Below are positions 58,696-64,000 of a stretch of 64,000 nt of DNA, one piece after another (positions within the stretch are counted from its first letter, which is position 1; each line of letters opens with the position of its first letter). A program made the position numbers and the translations under genes. Below the pieces are notes generated by a model, which saw nothing but the letters and a program-made list of their open reading frames with translations, was not told the origin of the DNA and did no database searches. Origin of the DNA: Thermoanaerobaculia bacterium (GTDB lineage: Bacteria > Acidobacteriota > Thermoanaerobaculia > Multivoradales > Multivoraceae); the NCBI GenBank assembly GCA_963666565.1, contig OY762911.1, forward strand, positions 1,984,001 to 2,048,000, given 5' to 3'.

Positions 58696-60320
58696 GCCGG
58701 CGCTACACGCCTCCGGGCCACCATCGCACCGTCGGGGCTTTCCGGGAGCATCTGCACGGCCTCGACACCGCGTTCGACTGTGCCGGCGAGTTGCTAGGCC
58801 CGGATGGGCCGCTGGCGAAGCCGCTCACAGTGTTCGGCCGCGAAGTCGGGAACCGGTTCGCGATCCATCCGATGGAGGGCTGGGACGGCAAACGGGACGG
58901 CAGCCCGAGCGATCTGACTCTGCGGCGCTGGCGGCGGTTCGGGCTGAGCGGGGCGAAGCTGGTCTGGGGCGGGGAGGCGGTGGCGGTGGTCCCGGAAGGG
59001 CGCGCGAATCCGAACCAGCTCTTCATCGACGGCGAACGGCTGGCCGACTGCGTTGCTTGGCTTGAGACGCTTCGCCGGGAGATCCTGGCGGGGCACGAAG
59101 AGAGCGGCGCCGGCGGCGAGCGGCCGGTCGTCGGCCTCCAGTTGACCCACTCGGGGCGTCTTTCCCGTCCCGATCCGCCGCCCGCGCCGCCGCGGCCGTT
59201 GCGGGCGCAGGTCCATCCCGTGCTCGACGCGCGGCTGGGCGAGGCCGCGAACCGGCCCCTCGTGACCGACGAGCAACTGGAGAAGATCGCCGGCGCCTAC
59301 GTGCGGGCGGCGCGCTGCGCCGAGCGGGCAGGGTACGACTTCGTCGACGTCAAGTGCTGCCACGGCTATCTGCTGCACGAACTGCTCGGCGCTCGCACCC
59401 GGCCGGGCCGCTACGGCGGGGCGTTCGAGAACCGGGTGCGGCTGCCGCTTGAAATCGTCGCGGCGGTGCGCGCCGAGTGTCCCGGTCTTGGGGTCGGCGT
59501 CCGTCTGTCGGTCGGAGACGTGGCGCCGTTCGTTGCGGACGAGAGCGGCGTCGGGATCCCGCAAGAACCGGGAGCGCCGAGCCGCGAAGTCGCACCCGGC
59601 GTCGCGGAGGGATTGTCGCCGCTTCGCGGCGCGTCTCCGTCAGAAGCCGGCGGGGACGCCGGCGCACCCGGTGTGAGGCGCATGGATCAGGGCCGGAACG
59701 CTGACCCCACGGCAGGTGCATCCGGTCCGGCGGCCGCGCTACCTGCTGCCGGCCTGGGCTTCGGCATCGACCGCTCGAACTGCGCTTTGCCCGAAGCCAC
59801 CTGCGCCGAGGCGATTCGCTACATTGACCTGCTGATCGAGGCTGGAGTCGAAGTGGTCAACGTGACGATGGGTTCGCCCTATAGTTGCCCGCACCTGTCG
59901 CGACCGTTCACGTATCCGGCGTCGGACAGCTATCTGCCGCCGGAGGATCCGCTGCGTTCGGTGCTGCGTCAACTCGCCGCCGTGCGCACGGTGCGCACGG
60001 CGTTCCCGCGACTCCCCCTGGTGGGGACGGGCTACAGCTACCTGCAGGAGTGGCTGCCCTACGTCGCCGAGGCGGAGGTCGGGGCCGGTCACGTCGACTT
60101 CGTCGGCCTGGGCCGGATGGTGCTGGCCTACCCGCGCCTGCCGGCCGACGTTCTGGCGGGCCGGCCGCTCGAGCGGCGCCGGATTTGCCGGACCTTCAGC
60201 GACTGCACCACGGGACCGCGCAACAACATGGTCAGCGGCTGCTACCCGCTGGACGAGCGCTACCGGGAGTCCCCCGAGTTCGCCCGGATCAAGGAGATCA
60301 AGAAGGCGGTGGCCTCGTGA
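58692..60320 (+). CDS. NADH:flavin oxidoreductase (old yellow enzyme family) with internal low-complexity insertion
   Basis: NRFAIHPMEGWD, QLTHSGR, KCCHGYLLHELL, YGGAFENR, GLGR, CRTFSDC. Confidence 0.88.
   Translation: MSRRYTPPGHHRTVGAFREHLHGLDTAFDCAGELLGPDGPLAKPLTVFGREVGNRFAIHPMEGWDGKRDGSPSDLTLRRWRRFGLSGAKLVWGGEAVAVVPEGRANPNQLFIDGERLADCVAWLETLRREILAGHEESGAGGERPVVGLQLTHSGRLSRPDPPPAPPRPLRAQVHPVLDARLGEAANRPLVTDEQLEKIAGAYVRAARCAERAGYDFVDVKCCHGYLLHELLGARTRPGRYGGAFENRVRLPLEIVAAVRAECPGLGVGVRLSVGDVAPFVADESGVGIPQEPGAPSREVAPGVAEGLSPLRGASPSEAGGDAGAPGVRRMDQGRNADPTAGASGPAAALPAAGLGFGIDRSNCALPEATCAEAIRYIDLLIEAGVEVVNVTMGSPYSCPHLSRPFTYPASDSYLPPEDPLRSVLRQLAAVRTVRTAFPRLPLVGTGYSYLQEWLPYVAEAEVGAGHVDFVGLGRMVLAYPRLPADVLAGRPLERRRICRTFSDCTTGPRNNMVSGCYPLDERYRESPEFARIKEIKKAVAS
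59617..59671. repeat. Intragenic REP-like variant with accessory hairpin
   Basis: cgccgcttcgcggcg followed by GCCGGCG-GGGA-CGCCGGC-GCACCCGG. Confidence 0.75.
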
Positions 60321-61480
60321 CGGCCGCCGCCGAACGGACGGGCGCCGCCGAACGGACGGGCGCCATCGGCCGGACAGGCACAGCCGGCCGCCCCGCCGTT
60401 CCGCCGCTGCCGAGGCTCTGTTTCGCCGCACTTCACGTCGTCGTGCGCGACGGCTACGCCCAGGCTGGCCACTCGCTCGAACAGCCCGGCTCGCCGCAGG
60501 AGATCGAACACTGGATCGACTGGAAGGCGACCGCCGGGCTGCGCCGCCACGTCGACTCGCTCGGATTCGGCGTCGCGGAGGCGATGGATACGGCCCAGCG
60601 TTTCGAGATCGGCTGGCCCAGCGCGCGGCGGTTGATCGAACTCTGCGCCTCGCTCGAACTCCGCAACGGCTTCGTCGCCGGGGCCGGCAGCGACCAGTTC
60701 GATGCCGTCGACAGCAACGCGAAACTGGTGGACGCGGTGGTGGAACAGGCGGAGTTCATCGACGGGCTGGGCGGAGTCCCGGTCCTGCTGCCGATGCCGC
60801 GGCTGACGGAGACCGGGGCCTCGGAGCGCGAGTACGTCGACGTCTACGGCGCGATCATCGACCAGCTCGAGGGGCCGCTGTTCCTCCACTGGCTGGGCGA
60901 GATGTTCCACCCGGCGATGCGCGGCTACTTCCCGGGCAACAGCCTGGAGCGCATCCTCGCCCGTCACGACGACAAGGTGCGCGGCGTCAAGCTCTCGCTG
61001 CTGGACGAGGAGTTCGAGGTGCGCCTTCGACGTCGCCTCGCCATGCGCGGCCAGATCGTCCTGACAGGGGACGACTACCACTTCGCCAGCCTGCTGGAGG
61101 GGCAGCCGGCGGCCAGGGGGTCGAGGCTCGGCGGCACGTTCGAACTGATGGGCCGCGGAGTGGCCATGGGCGACTTCAGCCACGCGCTGCTCGGCGCCTT
61201 CGACGCGGTAGCCGAGCCGGCGGCCGAGGCGCTTCGCGCCCTCGGCGACGGTGACGTCGGCCGCTATCGCGAACTGATGGGCCCGGCGGAAGAGCTCGCC
61301 CGCTTCATCTTCCAGCCGCCGACGCGCCACTACAAAGCCGGACTCGCCTACCACGCCTGGCTGCGCGGTCTGCAGGACAACCCGATGCTGGTCAATCGGG
61401 AGGATCTGGCGCGGGACGAGGCGCACTACCGCGGAGTCGCGTCTCTCGCGCGGCGCGCGGGCACGTTGGGCGACGGCTGA
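60317..61480 (+). CDS. DUF993 family protein (DHDPS-like TIM barrel)
   Basis: FAALHVV, IDWKAT, GVAEAMDTAQR, LHWLGEMF, GVKLSLLD, TGDD, SHALLG, YKAG. GTGA-coupled start. Confidence 0.85.
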   Translation: MTAAAERTGAAERTGAIGRTGTAGRPAVPPLPRLCFAALHVVVRDGYAQAGHSLEQPGSPQEIEHWIDWKATAGLRRHVDSLGFGVAEAMDTAQRFEIGWPSARRLIELCASLELRNGFVAGAGSDQFDAVDSNAKLVDAVVEQAEFIDGLGGVPVLLPMPRLTETGASEREYVDVYGAIIDQLEGPLFLHWLGEMFHPAMRGYFPGNSLERILARHDDKVRGVKLSLLDEEFEVRLRRRLAMRGQIVLTGDDYHFASLLEGQPAARGSRLGGTFELMGRGVAMGDFSHALLGAFDAVAEPAAEALRALGDGDVGRYRELMGPAEELARFIFQPPTRHYKAGLAYHAWLRGLQDNPMLVNREDLARDEAHYRGVASLARRAGTLGDG

Positions 61481-61530
61481 CCGGCGCCTCACCGACAGTC
61501 ACGCGATGTGCGAGAGTTCGCGCGGGCGGG

Positions 61531-64000
61531 ATGGCGATCGTGACGAGAACCGAGAACGGGACGGGCGGCGGCCCCGGCGGTGGACGACCGGGCCGGATTG
61601 GCGCCGCGTCCCTGGCTGTTGCGCTGCTGCTTTGCGCCCACGCCGCGACAGCCCAGCAGACCGGGCGCATCGAAGGAACGGTGACGCTGCGCGGCGCCGC
61701 CTCGCCGGACGGCATCGCCGTTCTGGCCGAGACCGGCGCCGTGCCCCGGCCAAGGTCGACCGTTGTCGACGCGTCCGGCCGCTACGCGCTGCCGCGGCTC
61801 TACCCGGGCCGCTATCGGGTCACGTTCACGACCCCGGCGGGAGCGAGCCGCACCGTCGAGGCCCGGGTCCTGCTCGGCCAGACGACGACCCTGGACCTGG
61901 AACTCGACGCCGCCGCCGCTTTCAGCGAGGAACTCGTCGTGGTCGGAGAGCGGGTCGCCGTCCGCGGCCGTGCCGCAGTAGCCAGCGCCATCGACGGCGA
62001 AGCGGTGCGGGACATGCCTCTCGGTCCCGACTATCGCAGCCTCGTCCGGCTCGCTCCGGGCGTCCAGGTGACGCAGGACGGCGTGCGGGGACCGGCCAGC
62101 GGCGGCAGCGGTCAGGACAACGTGTACCGATTCGACGGCGTCGACGTGTCGCTGCCGATGTTCGGCACGCTGTCGGCCGAACTCTCGAGCCACGACGTCG
62201 ACCAGGTGACCTTCGAGCGCGCCGGCGCCACGGCGGTGGGCTTCAACCGTAGCGGCGGGTTCACGATGGACTCGACGGCGAGATCGGGTACGAACGCCTT
62301 CACGGGCAGCGTCGAGTACACCGTGGAGCCGCCCGATCTTCAGGCGGAGCCCGAGACGGTCCTGGAGTCCGCGGCTGGACACGACACGGACCGCCAGCGC
62401 GCCGTCGCCACCTTCGGCGGCCCGATCGTTCCGTCGCGGCTCTTCTTCTTCGCTTCCGCTTTCCGGCCCACGGAAGAGCGGACGAACGCGGCCACGGCCT
62501 ACGGACCGGTCAAGGACTACGAGAACACGCGCCGCGAGTTCTACGGCAGGCTGACGCACGCGCCGTCGGACCGGGTGCTGCTCAACGCCGGCTACCGTGC
62601 CTCGCGGCGCGAGGAGAACGGCGTCTCGGTCGGGCCGTACGAAGCCGATTCGGTATCGCTCGGCGGCAGGGCGGACCAGCGAGTCGCGAACGTCGACGGC
62701 GTCTGGCAGACACGCCTGGGCGCCCTCTCGTTCCGGCTCAGCGATTACGAACTCGAGGGCTCTTCCCGGCCCGACGTGGGGCTGGCCGTCCAGCCGGCGC
62801 TCGACGGCGCCCTGGACGTGGACAATCTGGACCGGATGGGCTACTTCAGCGTCCCCGAGTACGTGGACGGCGCCGATGCCTACAACGCCGCGGTCGGGCC
62901 CCTGGTGGAGCGCTACGGCTACGCGGACGAGCAGGGCGTGCGCCGGGGAGGCGGCGCCGTCGGCGCGCACCCGTCGATCAACGACCAGGCGTTCTACCGG
63001 CGGAGCTTCGAACTGACGTTCGATCGCGAGTTCGACCGGGGCGCGATCGGCCACGACGTCCACTTCGGGTTGCGGGCCGCCGAGGCGCGCGAGACGCTGA
63101 GCCGTGAATCGAACGGCTGGGGCGCCATCGAGGCGCCGGGCGGCGTCGACCTGGCCGCGGCCGGAACGCCGGTCTTCTACGTCGCCACGGTGCAGCAGAT
63201 GAGCCTCCGGCGCCCGGACGGCACGGTGGTTTCGCCCATCGACTCCTTCACGGAGACGATGTCCCTGGGGGTGCACGACCGCGTGACCGCGGGCGACTTC
63301 ACCTTCGACGCTGGCGTGCTGCTGAGCCGGGACGTTCTGTACGGGCAGGGTCTAAGAGCGGCGCCGGGGACGGTGTCCGGCTACGCCCTGGCGCCGGGCG
63401 AGAAGTACAGGATGTACACGATCGACTGGCGAGACATGATTCAGCCGCGTCTCGGCGTAACGTGGTCCTGGCGGGCGGAGGGCACGGTCTTCGCGAACTA
63501 CGCCCGCTACCACCCGGAGGCGTCCTCGCTGGCGCGCGCGGCCTCCTGGGACCGGAACACCCGCGCCAGCCTCCGCGTGCTGTTCGACGAAGGCGGCCGC
63601 GTCATTGCCCACGAGCCGTACCCGGGATCTTCCGGCAAGGTGTTCCAGGACGGCATGAAGCCCCGCCGCATCGACGAGTGGACGCTCGGCGCGACCCGGA
63701 CGTTGTCGCGGGGACTGTCGCTCAGCGCTCACCTGCGCCGCCGGGAGGGCGGGAACTTCTGGGAGGACACATGGAACGGATCCCGGGGTTACGACAGCGC
63801 CCCCGCCCACATCGCCGCCCGCGGTCTCTACGTGCCGGGTCTCGATGCCGTGCGAGCGGAAATCGGCGGTTCGAGCTACGTGATCGCGGAACTCGACGGC
63901 GCTTACACTGAGTACTCGGAGGCTGCGGTCGAACTGGTGTGGCGGGGCGAGCGCGGCTACCTGAACGCCTCGTACGTGCGGAGCCGCTACACCGGCAACT
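61531..64000 (+). CDS. TonB-dependent receptor with carboxypeptidase-regulatory-like N-domain (runs off the window)
   Basis: Manual translation: signal peptide, QQTGRIEGTV, GRYALPRLYPGRYRVTF, SEELVVVG, MPLGPDYRSLVRLAPGV, DNVYRFDGVDV, QPRLG. Confidence 0.85.
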   Translation, partial: MAIVTRTENGTGGGPGGGRPGRIGAASLAVALLLCAHAATAQQTGRIEGTVTLRGAASPDGIAVLAETGAVPRPRSTVVDASGRYALPRLYPGRYRVTFTTPAGASRTVEARVLLGQTTTLDLELDAAAAFSEELVVVGERVAVRGRAAVASAIDGEAVRDMPLGPDYRSLVRLAPGVQVTQDGVRGPASGGSGQDNVYRFDGVDVSLPMFGTLSAELSSHDVDQVTFERAGATAVGFNRSGGFTMDSTARSGTNAFTGSVEYTVEPPDLQAEPETVLESAAGHDTDRQRAVATFGGPIVPSRLFFFASAFRPTEERTNAATAYGPVKDYENTRREFYGRLTHAPSDRVLLNAGYRASRREENGVSVGPYEADSVSLGGRADQRVANVDGVWQTRLGALSFRLSDYELEGSSRPDVGLAVQPALDGALDVDNLDRMGYFSVPEYVDGADAYNAAVGPLVERYGYADEQGVRRGGGAVGAHPSINDQAFYRRSFELTFDREFDRGAIGHDVHFGLRAAEARETLSRESNGWGAIEAPGGVDLAAAGTPVFYVATVQQMSLRRPDGTVVSPIDSFTETMSLGVHDRVTAGDFTFDAGVLLSRDVLYGQGLRAAPGTVSGYALAPGEKYRMYTIDWRDMIQPRLGVTWSWRAEGTVFANYARYHPEASSLARAASWDRNTRASLRVLFDEGGRVIAHEPYPGSSGKVFQDGMKPRRIDEWTLGATRTLSRGLSLSAHLRRREGGNFWEDTWNGSRGYDSAPAHIAARGLYVPGLDAVRAEIGGSSYVIAELDGAYTEYSEAAVELVWRGERGYLNASYVRSRYTGN

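Overview
High-GC bacterial DNA. The gene content (DUF1501/DUF1549/DUF1553 operon, PQQ-propeller protein, carboxypeptidase-like TonB receptor, GAF-kinase-regulator fusion) suggests Acidobacteriota or a PVC-like organism; this is inference only. All protein family calls come from motif reading, not database searches. 1-15.8 kb is a defence island: a type I R-M system (hsdM, hsdS, partial hsdR) interrupted by a ParB-like gene, an oppositely oriented 1,504-aa nuclease-STAND NTPase (Avs-like), and a triplicated unit of [hsdM 3' end + PIN/small-partner fusion gene]. One copy of that unit has captured a lipoprotein gene. 15.8-31 kb holds a DAACS transporter and a six-gene DUF1501/DUF1549/DUF1553/cytochrome c/WD40/PPC operon. 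31-44 kb is mixed housekeeping and accessory genes (hybrid kinase-regulator, EEP-serine hydrolase fusion, GSTs, MFS, photolyase). 42-54 kb is scattered with intact and decayed toxin-antitoxin genes, a membrane-anchored Dcd-like protein and a Fic protein. 45-64 kb also carries probable glycoside-catabolism genes ending in a partial TonB-dependent receptor. A REP-like hairpin family (14 copies, covarying stems, conserved GCACCCRG tail) runs through the window, and about half of the copies lie inside predicted reading frames. No rRNA, tRNA, CRISPR array, integrase or transposase was recognised.
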